Assembly (NCBI RefSeq): GCF_006345805.1 | Contig: NC_042998.1 | Span: 122,202,001 to 122,266,000 of the forward strand | Origin: Octopus sinensis | Lineage: Eukaryota | DNA length: 64,000 bases | Reading direction: 5' to 3' | Shown: piece after piece, positions 37,997 to 50,861 of the stretch | How the letters are laid out: every line of letters begins with the position of its first letter | How positions within the stretch are numbered: the first letter of the stretch is position 1 | Made by a program: the position numbers and the translations under genes | The notes under the pieces: model-generated | What the model was told of the DNA's origin: nothing | Databases searched by the model: none | Seen by the model: only the letters and a program-made list of their open reading frames with translations

Positions 37997-38300
37997 TCTT
38001 TTTATCACTGGTTTTGTTGGAACTCCTGGAGTCTTGCATGCTTAGCAGGCTTGCTGCCTGCAGCCTATGGAACTTTGGTATCTGTTCTTTTCAACTATCT
38101 AATACTTCCCTGATTATTCTGGCTGTGCCAAGGAGGCAAAACTTTTGTAACAGTTCTACTGGGCACTCTATTCCGATTTCCTTTATATTCCTCTTGATAC
38201 TGTCCCCAAGGACCCAACAATAATTGGCACAATCTTCACTGTCTTCAGTTCCCATAGTCAAGCTCACTATACTTAAGAGGGTTGTATTTATCTATTTTTT
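37995..38300 (-). mobile_element. R4/Dong 3' fragment
   Basis: KIDKYNPLKY...KIVPIIVGSLGTVS...ELLQKFCLLGTARIIREVL; abuts (ATT)n at 37940-37995. Confidence 0.82.
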
Positions 38301-38489
38301 TTGCCTTCCTTCTTGACTATTCATAGGTTAAAGGGGCACACAACATAAACTATATAGCACATGTGGTCTATATTATTATACTTTCAGAGGTCAATAAAAT
38401 TAGTACCATTGAGCGCTGGGGTCAATGTAATCTAGTTACCCTCCCCACAAAAATTTCAGGTCTTGTGTCTATAGTAGAAAAGATTCTTC

Positions 38490-38800
38490 TTATTATTATT
38501 GATTTGACTCAGGTTTGTTCTTATTCTTGGTAGTATTCATGTCGGTAGTGAGTTACTACCTATAATCTTAGGTATCCATAAGCTTTCAATAGTTTCTCAG
38601 GTGCTTAGGAATCCCTGATGATATTTCCTGTCCCTCAGAGGCAAATGTTCCATAGAAGCACTACAGGATATTCTAATCCAATCTCCTTCAACCATTTGTC
38701 TATATCTTTGCTTACAGTTCCCAATGCACCAATTATTACAGATACAACCTTTGCAGCTTTCATATTCCAAATTCTTGCAATTTCAAATTTTAAGGGATTA
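38490..38800 (-). mobile_element. R4/Dong 3' fragment
   Basis: ORF YNPLKFEIARIWNMKAAKVVSVIIGALGTVSKDIDKWLKEIG; short aataataataa tail near 38490. Confidence 0.85.
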
Positions 38801-38844
38801 TATATTATAGTTATTGTTGTTGCTGTTATTATTATTATTATTAT

Positions 38845-38975
38845 GAGCTGGCAGAACCCAAAAGAATGAAAGGCCAAGTCAACCCTGGCAGAATTTGAAC
38901 TCAGAACGTAAAGTCAGAAGAAATGCTGCTAAACATTTTGTCCAGCATGGTAACAATTCTGCCAGCTCACCACCT
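38845..38975 (-). mobile_element. SINE family B 5' fragment
   Basis: gaatttgaactcagaacgtaaag...ttctgccagctc is the reverse complement of the family B head. Confidence 0.75.
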
Positions 38976-39184
38976 TAGGATTATTATAACTATTAAGGTA
39001 GCAAGTTGGTAGAAATGTTGGTGACTCAAGGCAAAATGCTTAGAGGTATTTCTTCTGGCTCTTTACATCACAAGTTGATGGAATCAACTAGCCCTGCACC
39101 TTCCCCCACTCCCATAGTAGAAAGGATTATTATTATTATTCATAATTTTTGGCTCTTATCTTAACTATTAATTCTAGCTCTTAG

Positions 39185-39272
39185 GCACCATCATTGGTCA
39201 TCTACTATAGCCTCGGGCCAACCAAAGCCTTGTGAGTGGATTTGGTAGATGGAAACTGAAAGAAGCCTGTTG

Positions 39273-39303
<31 letters not shown>

Positions 39304-39498
39304 TTGTGTGTCTGTTCCCCCAGCATCACTTGACAAATGATGCTGGTGTGTTTACATCCCCGTAACTTAGTGGTTTGGCAAAAGAACCGATAGAATAAAT
39401 GCTAGGCTTACAAAGAATAAGTCCTGGGGTCGATTTGATCGGCTAAAGGCGGTGCTCCAGCATGGCCGCAGTCAAATGACTGAAACAAGTAAAAGAGT
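39185..39498 (+). mobile_element. SINE family A, 5'-truncated
   Basis: tctactatagcctcgggcc...aaatgactgaaacaagtaaaagag is colinear with 2430-2730. Confidence 0.88.
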
Positions 39499-39552
39499 AT
39501 AATTCTCCATTCACAGCCTGTCATGTATCATATCATCATTCATCACTTGCTA

Positions 39553-39594
<42 letters not shown>

Positions 39595-40324
39595 ATCTCT
39601 GTGACTTACCATAAATGAAATCATCATTTCAGTTTATTTACTGTTAGGTTTATTCCTTATTTCATATACTTGATATATTTCACACTACCCTTCAACATTT
39701 CACACCTTTAATTTTTTTATTGATAATTTCTTTTTTCTTTTACTCTTAACTTTCTTTTTATATTTCTACTTTTATTTTATTATGTTTTTATAATGTTTAC
39801 GTTTTTATATTTTCATTTTGATTTCTTTTTAATTTGCTTACTTTTTAACATTTTTCATTGCTGTTTTTATCTTTGTTTTATACTTTAAATGATTTACTCT
39901 CTATTTCTGGTCTCATTATTTTAAATCTTATAATTTACTGTTTATCATTATATTTTATATATATTTTATATTTTGTGATTTGAAATTATTATTCTATATC
40001 TGATTGATATATTTCTCAGCTTATTTGATATATATTATTCCAAGTTGTATTTCTCGAATGAAATTTTCGTTATTTCCTTCATTAAATTTTTATTCATAAC
40101 ATTTTTGTAATTTTATTTGTCATATATATCATACATATATATTTTAATATGTTCCTTTTTTATTCCTTTTTCATGTCTCTATTTTTACAATTCCACTTTA
40201 AATTTCCACTTTATATTTCCACATTATAGTTTATGTTTGCATTTTATATATCAAAGTTTTTCAATATTTCAACTGTTTAGAGTACACATCTGAAACTTCA
40301 TTCATCATATTATACACATCCAGA

Positions 40325-40780
40325 CACAGACATGTCTGTGCGGTTAACAAGTTTGCTTTTGCAACCACATGGTTTCAAGTTCAGTTCCACTGTGCAGCCC
40401 CTTAGGTAAGTATCTTCTGCTATTGCCCTGGGCTGATCAATGCCTTCTGAGTGAATTTAGTAGAAAACTGGAAATATGTCATATGTATGTATGTATGTAT
40501 GTATGTATGTGTGTGTGTGTGTGTCTGTGTGCATGCATGTGTGCTTGCATGCATGTGTGTGTATGCATGTGTGTGTGTGTATGTGCCTGTGTGTGTGTTT
40601 GTGTATGTGTCTGTGTGTGTATGTTTGTCCCCACACCATCACTTGACAACTGATGTTTGCTTATTTATGTCCTCTCTGACTTAGCAGTACAGCAAAATAA
40701 GTAATGGGAAGCAATTTTTTCACTAAATACTTTGAGGCAGTGCTCCAGTATGACTGTAGTCCAATGAGAGAAGCAAGTTA
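40325..40780 (+). mobile_element. SINE family A, old copy
   Basis: Head (ggtttcaagttcagttccactgtgc), GT tract and 3' part are colinear with the 2341 copy. Confidence 0.75.
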
Positions 40781-41064
40781 AAGAATAAAACCAATCTACA
40801 TTTGCTCTACTCCAAAATAGTTCTCACCATGAAGCCACCTCTCGACTTAACTCACATACACCCCCAATGCTTATTATCAAGTAAACTCGATATCCATTTT
40901 CATACCAACTAACCTATACCTTATCCTACAATTACCCACTTCATACATTTAACTACTTCAACACTAACCTTTCCCTTTCAAACTATTCATCAAACTAGTT
41001 ACATGTCATCTCTTGATTAACCAACTTACATTTATCTGTACAAGTATATTTAACTATAAATTAT

Positions 41065-41410
41065 CATCATCATCATCGTCATCTTCATCAACATTTAAAA
41101 TCCATTTTCCATGCTGGTATGGGTTGGATGGTTTGACAGGAAATGACAAAGTCAGGGACCACACCAGGTTCCATAGTCTGTTTTGGCTCAGTTTCTACAG
41201 CTGGGTGCCCTTCCTAATGCCAATCACTTTAAAGAGTTTACTGGGTGCCTTTCATGTGGCACATCACTAGTGCTTTTAATGTGGCACCAACATGAGAGCT
41301 TTTTACATGGGACTAGTACCCGCATCAATGCTTTTTATTTGGCACCTTGGTTTTAAGATTAATTCTGTTGTGGTGGGTGGGTGTTTTTGAGTACAGCAAT
41401 ACACCGCATA
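41065..41410 (-). mobile_element. RTE 3' tail copy
   Basis: catttaaaatccattttccatgctggtatgggttggatgg core. Confidence 0.78.
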
Positions 41411-41529
41411 TCTAAGTCCTCTGATAAAGATAATAACAAATATGTGTGTTAACATAATTATCTGTATGGATATTTTGATTTACAGCAGTAATAATACACA
41501 TGCACACATGCATACACCTACATGCATGT

Positions 41530-41780
41530 TAAAAAAAGTTACCTTCTTGAGTCATACTGACTCATAACGGTTGATTTCCTAGTTTCATGGTGTATAAATT
41601 ACCCATTTGGATGGGATGCTGGTCTGTTGCAGGATTACTCATTTTTGTCAGCTGAGTGGACTGAAGCAACAGGAAATGAAGTGTTTTGCTCAAGAACACA
41701 ATGCATCACCTGGTCTAGGAATCAAAAGCACAATATTACGATCCTAAGTCCAACATCCTAACCACTAAACCACTTGCCTC
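41530..41780 (-). mobile_element. SINE family C, degenerate
   Basis: cagctgagtggactgaagcaacaggaaatgaagtgttttgctcaagaacacaa...cctaaccactaaacc. Confidence 0.65.
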
Positions 41781-42067
41781 TACACACATGCACATGTGTG
41801 TATATCTTTTATTAAATTTGAGTGCAGTGACTTTACTTAACACCCAACAAAAGTTCTTTTACTATTATTGTATGCATGTATATATGAGTCAAGTAGAAGG
41901 ACTTCAATGGGGTGGCATGGTCTCTTACAAACAGTAGCAAAATTACCCTCTAACAACACACTCAACTGTCTATGTTATGTATGAACGAAAGAGAAATAGT
42001 TCTACATAGTAACTAGATATAATAGAAATATCAGCCGACTCTCCCTTACTTTCTTAAGGATGTATAT

Positions 42068-42102
<35 letters not shown>

Positions 42103-42749
42103 GCATCAAAGAGTTAATGATGAGACTTTACATATTCACTAGACATGCTAGAAATAGTGACCAAATCTATCTCATATTGAATCCTACTTTCTTAGGAATA
42201 CATGCATGCATGTGTGTGTAAGAGCGTGTAAAGTGTAAAATATATGTTTGTGAGTCAGCGAGGGTGCATTTACTATGAATCTTGAAACCATGAAATAGCT
42301 ACCAAATCCCTCTCAAGCAATACTGTACTGTCTTTAGTACAATGCAACGAAGTGACATCCACATGGCTGTTAGATTTGATTGAAATAGCAACCATATCAC
42401 CTTGAAACCATACACTACTTATCTTAAGTATGTTCTCATCACACTTAATCTCATTATGTAAAGCCACTCATGCTTAATTTTACACTAATTACCTAAACAC
42501 CAAGCCTCATCATCAATCTATTAGTTTATCAGTCTATCAATTACCTCATCATCAATCTACCAGTATCACTGGTAATTGTTACCACTGATTTACTGCAATT
42601 TTTTTCACCTAAATGTATAATTAATTCATATTACTTAACTAAATATTGCATGTCAATTTGTTTGCACTCATTATTTCTCATTATAGCATGAGACATACAA
42701 GCATAAAAAAAATATGCAGTATTCTGTGCTCAGCTAATTTTTCTTCAGC

Positions 42750-44300
42750 ATCTTCAAATTTCCTTCATTCAGTGTCTCATGTACATTGGTAAATGTATTA
42801 ACAGGGATAATTATAATAACCATATTATATTAACCATTGGCACCATATTTTTATACCCATACTTTGACGCTCTTACATGTATTGGCTGATACCTTTAATG
42901 TTCAGCCATTCTTTCAGGTCACTTGTGTTTTGTCTTTCCTATAAGCTTACACAGCAAATTGATTTCTTTTTAGCAGCTATAGTTTTCTCCACTTTCAATA
43001 CTCTGCCTTACTATCATGTAGCATTACACTTCTTATATTTCACATAGATTACCTTTCACATGAGAAACCTTTTGTTGCCAACAAAAAGTAATAAATCTTT
43101 GAACTTTTCCCACCCTATACTTACCTTAGCTTCTACACTATCATTACAATCACATTCAGCACTAATTAGGTTATATAGGTAAAAGAGTTATGAGCTGCTT
43201 CCAGCTTCCTGCTCTTGGATTTCATTTTAAGGGTGCTATCCTGTGTATTTATCACATCCAATGACCTAGCTATATGCCAAGAGGTCAGTGATCCTACTAC
43301 ATCTATTGCCTATCCATAAATTACTCTATTTATAGAGTTTTAAATTCTTACCTACAACTACTTCCCTTCATACTATGCTAGGTTATTGCCTTGATCATAG
43401 TGTAATATCAGACTTCTGTTACTAATTAGAATTTGGTCTTAAATAAGTTTGTCTTTCAGCTTTTGGGCTCTTGACTATTCTTTCAGGATTGAAACTTTTA
43501 GTGACCTGTCAACTGACTAAAGACCGAAATTTATAGTCATAAGCTAATAGAATATTCCAAATACAATAAGTACAAGACTCCCATAGTATAGCTTCAAGTT
43601 TTGTAACACATAATAAGAGGTTTAGGAGAGAATATTGGTGAACATACTATGGTTTCCCTAGTAAATGATTTGAGCTATTTCCTTTTATGTAGTTTTCTCA
43701 ACAACACAAAACTAAAGAACATGAGACCCTATTGAAAGCCCTGTCAAGTCAGCAAATACAAAATAATGTGTTAATACATTAATTAAGAACTTCTCTTACT
43801 GCTGTTGTACTAGAAACTTCCTATCAGCAGTCCCATGTCTTGGCATAAACTAAAACTGCAGCTTATCAAAGTTAGCCCTTTTTATTGAGATACTCCCAAT
43901 TACTTTTAGGACTCGATCCAATAACTTAAAGCTACTATAATATTCCTTCCCTACATATCTTGTTTGCCATTTCATAGCAGTTTGGGATGATCTTTCAATG
44001 CCAATATTGAAAATAACACTTCTGCATTATTTGATAAACTCAGCAAGCCACTAACATAATACCTACATATCTTGATATTTCCAAGTATCTCAACAAGCAT
44101 TGAGTCATTTCCATCACTTTTATTTTCCATGCTATGATGTGTTAAAGAAATTGATAACAGGCCATGTTTACTCTCATCTGATAGAACCTTCTATAGCATA
44201 TTTTATCTCATCTTCCAGTTTTCCTTCATCTGCTTTTGATTTTTGTCTCTCAGCAAAGTTTTGCATTTGTTTACATTCCATATTTCTACCAGCTCACACA
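42750..44300 (-). mobile_element. Possible very old LINE remnant
   Basis: Non-microsatellite, strand-asymmetric sequence with broken frames; no clean motif recovered. Confidence 0.25.
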
Positions 44301-44571
44301 TATATACACTTGAACATGAACATATTAGTTCTAAGGGGTGATTTGGTAATAAATATAATACATTTATGTGTGTGATGCAAATTTATTAACTTTCACATTT
44401 TACTCTCTTTTGCTCCAGACTAATTAAAAGATTCAAGTAAAATAATTAAAGACGTTTTCAGACAGAGCAAATATTCTCTGTAAATATTTGGTCTTGCATT
44501 TTTTAACATTATTTTATTTTATCTGTCTTATTTTTGTTCAGATTTAGTGATTACAAAATAAAGAAAATTCC

Positions 44572-44602
<31 letters not shown>

Positions 44603-46464
44603 TTGTGTGTATGTACCTGTATGTGTGTATGTGTGTGTGTGTGTGCATGTGCACATGTGTGTGCACATGCATGCGTGTATGTATGGATATGTGTGTGTGC
44701 ATGGGTGTGTGTGTGTGTGTGTGGATGTGTGTATGGGTGTGTTGCTTAGTTGTTAGGTTTTAGCTTTCTGTTACAATCTTGCCACTTCACTGTTGCTTGA
44801 AAGTCTTTCTGTTCAAAGACACTGAAATGAATTTACTTTCAAATCAATGCTTTGAAAGTATAGTATTCTTCAAAAGAATTTTTTAAAGGAAAAAATGAAA
44901 GAATTTAACTAACAATTATTGAAGAAATTTGTAACAAAGAAATTTGTATAACATAGATTGTGAATAATTTAGAAGATATCACTGGAAGAAAATTAGTTGT
45001 ATTGATAGAGAAAGATAATGATTTCTTGAAATTAAGCATGTTTACCTTTGATAGCAATTCCTAAAAGGAAGTTTTAGCTGCAGGTGGACAAGGTTTTCTG
45101 TATTTCAGATTTCACTGGTGTAATGAATACATCTTATTGAAGATAAAAGATTTCTAGAGACATCCACTTTGAAGGAGTTCTCATCATTACTGAAATTCTA
45201 TTTGCTTTTTGTTTTTGACTACAGCTAGAAATAACCTGCTATGTAGCCTTTAGTGCTTTCTCTGGTTGGTAGCAATGACACCAAGAAATTGGGGACAAGT
45301 TTTCTATAGTATGAGTTCCCTTTATGTATGCATTCTCTTATCTTAATAGAATAGCATTGAATAGGAAAGTAGTGTGCAACTTCATGAATGTTAAGGGTAG
45401 GTTATTGTATTAACTTTTTGATTTATCTTTTCCAACTGCTAAGAAGATTCTTCTTTTGGCAATAATAGAAAGCTGTATATAGATGGTGGAGTATATTATG
45501 TCAAATCTGTTTTAATCTCTCTGTGGGGAATAAGCTAGTTGAGGGTATGTGAATTTGAAACAAGAGAGAGAAAGAAAGAAAGAGAGCGAGATAGGTGTAG
45601 GGGTGGAATAACTGATAATTTAGAAGGTCAGTACCAAGTATTCTCTTCTCTAACTAAATATCTGGACTCAATCAGATTAACTAGAGAAAAGAGGTATTTT
45701 AAGCTAAATTGTTTTTGTTTTTTTTGCTGTTTTCCCACTCCATTGTATAAAAGTTGATTGAGTTATATAACTAAACTGAAAAGGAAATAAGAATCAAGAT
45801 GGCTTTAAACATATCTCACAATGAAAGAATAATAGTTTCAAAAGTTTAGATGAAAATGACAATGGAATGATATATTTGAAACCTCTGGATTTTTATGACT
45901 AGAGTTTGCTTCACTTTCATTCACAGTTAGCTGGATCAGTAGAGTGTTGGCCTGCCAGTCAAAAGGTTGCAGTTTCATGTTCATCAGTGATTCTGTTATA
46001 TGTTTTTAGGTTTGAAATTGAATTCATGCTAACACTGAAATTTAAGAGTAAACAGGTGCTATGAGGCGATACAGTCCAGCTGTTGAAATAATAAAAATAC
46101 AGCATTACCAATTAATGTTTCATTGATTTTTATTGTTGAGTTTCCATCTTGTTAGCTTTTACATAAATATGCTAAGTAGAAAGCTAGCAACACAGATATG
46201 GAATTGGAAGATAAGCTCTTCATTTGTGAGTTCAAATCCATTACAAATTTCACAATGCATATTTGAGTATGACACTTATTCTTTATATCTCAGTCATAAA
46301 GAGAGAAAATAACCTACAATAGACTAGCATCCTATCTTAGAAGAAACTTTTCTCTGATCTATTTCATATGATAGAAACCGGAATCAATTTCTGTCAGTTG
46401 CCCACTACAATGGAATTTTGAGGTTTGTGAATGGATTAATTGTTTGAAGTGTACATGTGATCAT

Positions 46465-46630
46465 CATCATCATCATGCTGACATGGGTTCGATGGTTTGA
46501 CTGGGGCTGGCAAGCTGGAATGCTGCACCAAACTCCTGTCTGATTTGGTATGGTTTTCTACAGCTGGATGCCCTTCCTAATGCCAACCACTCCAAGAGTA
46601 TAATGGGTGCTTTTACATGCCAGCACAGCT
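46465..46630 (-). mobile_element. RTE 3' tail copy
   Basis: ctacagctggatgcccttcctaatgccaaccactcc core. Confidence 0.78.
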
Positions 46631-47289
46631 CTATATCATTCTTGATGATCAACATTATGATCAAGCACTTCTTTTATTTAATGGATTATGGCCATACTGG
46701 GGCTCCACCATAAAAAGTTTAGTTGAATAAATCAACTGCAATACTTATTTTTTAAGTTTGAAAACGGGGAGTAAACAAACCAATGCTACTTGCCACACAT
46801 TTGAGAGAAAATACAAACTCAAAGACATACCTGCTGACACACAAGTGAAAGCCTGTTGTATTTGTATATATACAACAGGCTTCCACACAGTTTCGGCCGA
46901 TCAAATTCCCTCACAATGAATTGATTCACCTAGGACTATAGTTAAAGTTACTTGCCCAAGGTGTCATGCAGTGGAATTGAACTTGAAGATTTGTGGTAGC
47001 AAAGTAAGCTTCCATCATTTGAAGGTTTTAATTTTCAAGTTTCTATGCTTGCATAGGTTGGACAGAATTTATTGAGGCAGATTTTTTTTAATGGTTGGAT
47101 GCCCTCCCTGTCACCAACCCTCATCTGTTTTAAAGCAAAGTAATATTGCTCCATAGCCAGATTGTTTTTTCAGAATATTGGAAATGAATAGTACTGCTTG
47201 TATGAGAGTGACACTCATTTACAATTGTCATACAATGATAAGACAAAGAGACGCAAATATTCACACACTCATATTCAGACACACACACT

Positions 47290-47313
47290 CATAGTCAGAC
47301 ACACACACACACA

Positions 47314-47401
<88 letters not shown>

Positions 47402-47535
47402 CACAACACACACACACACACATACATACATACCATACATACATACATACCATACATACATACATACATAATACATACATACATACATACACATACATAC
47501 ATACATACATACATACATACCATACATACATACAT

Positions 47536-47620
<85 letters not shown>

Positions 47621-47625
47621 AATAT
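47290..47625. repeat. (CA)n-(CATA)n-(TA)n compound microsatellite
   Basis: Direct inspection. Confidence 0.95.
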
Positions 47626-47634
47626 ATACATATG

Positions 47635-47790
47635 TAATAGGTTTCTTTTCAGTTTCTGCTACCAGACCCACTCACAAAGTTTTGTTCAGTCTGGTGCTAG
47701 AGTAGAAGACACTTACCATACAGTCAAACTGAACCCAAATCGATGTGATTGGGAAGCAAACTTCTTAACCATATGACCATATCTGCCTTA
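47635..47790 (-). mobile_element. SINE family A 5' fragment
   Basis: tttcttttcagtttctgctaccagacccactcacaaag...gaagacactt is the reverse complement of the SINE head/body. Confidence 0.65.
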
Positions 47791-48004
47791 ATACACATAT
47801 ACACATGCGCACACACAAACACACGCACATACATATATCAATATATATATAGATGAATATATGTATGTATATGTATGTGTATATAATGTATTCATATATA
47901 TATATATATGAGCTGGCGAATAAAGTGAGTTCACGGCTGTGACCCAGCAAATAAAGTGAGTTCATGGCTGTATTCTACACCAGTTTCGCATAACCAGCCC
48001 CAGC

Positions 48005-48445
48005 CCATTCAAAAGTACCTTGGATTGTAGGGTGACCTGCTGTGCTTGAGGAAACCTATTGAGTCAAGTACATTAACATCAAAATGAAAATCAAATGGAA
48101 ATTGTAGTTGTGATACCCATGCCGGTGGCATGTAAAAAGCTCTATCTGAATGTGGCCGATGCCAGCGCCACCTTGACTGGCTTCTGTGCCGGCGGCATGT
48201 AAAATGCAACACCTGATTGTGACCGTTGCCAGCCTCCTCTATCCCCTGTGCCAGTGGCATGTAAAAAGCACCCACTACACTCACAGAGTGGTTGGTGTTA
48301 GGAAGGGCATCCAGCTGTAGAAACACTGCCAGATCAGAGTGGAGCCTGGTGCAGGCTCCTGGCTTCCCAGACTCCGGTCAAATGGTCCAACCCATGCTAG
48401 CATGGAAAAGGGATGTTAAATGTTGATGATGATGGTGTTGATGAT
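48005..48445 (+). mobile_element. RTE 3' tail copy
   Basis: Minisatellite units, then ggttggtgttaggaagggcatccagctgtagaaac...catgctagcatggaaaagggatgttaaatgttgatgatg. Confidence 0.85.
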
Positions 48446-48570
48446 ATATATATGTATATCTGAATGCATATATATTATACTATCATAGATACACATACAA
48501 TTGGATGTGAATAATATAATGTGTGAGAGAGAGAGAGCAAAAGAGAGAGAGAGAGCGTGCGAGAGAGAGC

Positions 48571-48637
<67 letters not shown>

Positions 48638-48889
48638 TAAAATCTTGAGATTATAGAATTAGGTTAGTTCAAGCTAGACATAGCAACAACCCAACATATA
48701 ACTTCTAATATGAGGAATAGGCTGTAAGGTAGGATAAGAAAAACTCAATGCTAGTTATAAAGCCTTTTATTTCTTTTTATATCAGAGAGTATTTTTCCAC
48801 AAAAATGCATGAAAACAAATTTTTTTAACTCCAGCAAGCAAAGAAATGAGGAATAGCCACTGGAAAATTCCTTCTCTGTAAACCATAAG

Positions 48890-48934
<45 letters not shown>

Positions 48935-49299
48935 ATATATTTCACTAAGATTTTAGAGAAAATCATGGAATCAGTCAAGAAAAACAATGTTGGCATCCTG
49001 CTGGATAGTGAAATAATGGAATATTTTTCTGACAGTTTCTCTATTGAGATCAAAGACTGTTTGAGAACACATCAAGAATGTTACAGCACTTTCTTACTAA
49101 CTTCTAAAGCTTTACAAACCTAACTGAATCTGATAAAGACTATCAAAAATATCTCAAGGCTATATTGATAGAGAATTTTCAAAGAAGTCCTCTTTTATAT
49201 CTATGTGTTTATATACATATTAAATTCATGGATATATGCAATATATGCACCTGTATATGTGTGTGTATGTATATATATAATATATAATATATACATATA

Positions 49300-49330
49300 T
49301 ACACAAACATATATATATATACATATCTAC

Positions 49331-49380
<50 letters not shown>

Positions 49381-49395
49381 CTCTCTCTCTCTCTG

Positions 49396-49444
<49 letters not shown>

Positions 49445-49511
49445 GTATATATATATATGTATATATATATATGTACGTATATATGTATGTATATATATAT
49501 ATGTATGTATG

Positions 49512-49544
<33 letters not shown>

Positions 49545-49545
49545 G

Positions 49546-49576
<31 letters not shown>

Positions 49577-49630
49577 GTGCATATATACATATATATATAT
49601 GCATAGCTACATATCTACCTATCAACATAT

Positions 49631-49673
<43 letters not shown>

Positions 49674-49930
49674 AATATATGCATGTATGCATACACACAT
49701 ATATATATATGTATGTATATTATATATATATATATAATGTATATGTATGTATATGTATATATATATATCCACATATATTCTATGTATGTATATATTATAT
49801 GTATATGTATGTATATATATATCTATATATATGTATACACACACATATACATATGTGTGTGTGCATATATATATATATGTATATACACACACACATGCAC
49901 ATATATACTTATGTATATGCATATCTATTT
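49300..49930. repeat. Long compound (CTAT)/(CT)/(TA)/(TATG) low-complexity tract
   Basis: Direct inspection. Confidence 0.95.
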
Positions 49931-50100
49931 ATTTATTTATTTAATCTATTTTTTTATGCATGGTGATTCAGAGGACCCTTAGCATTTAAATGTTATGTAT
50001 AGTCTTTATATTTTAGTTTATTACAATTTTGTTGGCATATATTTTTAATAATGTCTTTGCTATTTTGAGGTGAATACCTTTTGATATATAGCCATCCATC

Positions 50101-50131
<31 letters not shown>

Positions 50132-50548
50132 ATTGCTTCATATGTTTTACAAAACTGACATTATCGAAAGATAGCGGAATATTCAATTTCCTAAAAATGG
50201 CATGTTATAACGAACCCATCATACAAACCCAAGGGATGTACAAAACAGATGCAAAAAAAAAAAAAAGCAAAAACACAAACCAGAAAGTGAGCAATTGTAA
50301 CCCTCCTATCCATGTCACCATATGAAGACCTGCCTAGGTCTGGAAGGCTAAACAGTTTCAGTGAAATACAACTATCTGGATCCCTCCCTCTGTTTGGTTT
50401 CCAACTGAAAATAACAAAGGGAGGTGTATCTGTAAGTAAAGTTACAAGAAGTAACCTGCAGCATTCTTTTTGTCTACAGCTCTTCCTATCAATGTAAAGC
50501 CAGGAGCATGAAAAAATAATGAACCATGGTAATTTTGAATCACTCTGC

Positions 50549-50594
<46 letters not shown>

Positions 50595-50861
50595 TCAAAT
50601 AAACATATGTACAAACACACACACATTCACACATACACATGCAAACATGTAGATATAAGTATATATATAGATTCAGTAGGGTTTTTAAATACTATTTGCA
50701 GTAATTGGAGCCGTTGCTCCCAAACCACCAGTAACTTACTATAAAGATACATACAGGCAATGCAACGAACATAGGAGAAACAGGCTTACCTTGTGTTGAA
50801 TACATAAGGAATGTATATACATATATAGATATGTATGTGTATATATATATATATATATATA

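Noticed and set aside
48929-49123. 64-aa ORF KILEKIMESVKKNN... as a host exon
   Set aside because: It resembles the KIME motif of decayed LINE RTs and is flanked by microsatellite; too weak to annotate either way.
47198-49982. Long ORFs rich in YI/HT/CV/VY (also at 4124, 7190, 19757, 30509, 44534, 54335, 63627)
   Set aside because: They are translations of dinucleotide and tetranucleotide microsatellites.
50280-50404. Minus-strand exon candidate WKPNRGRDPDSC..., reminiscent of MOGS RWRGRDP
   Set aside because: It lies upstream of the MOGS start codon, so it cannot be a MOGS coding exon. The similarity is 4 residues and there is no convincing donor.
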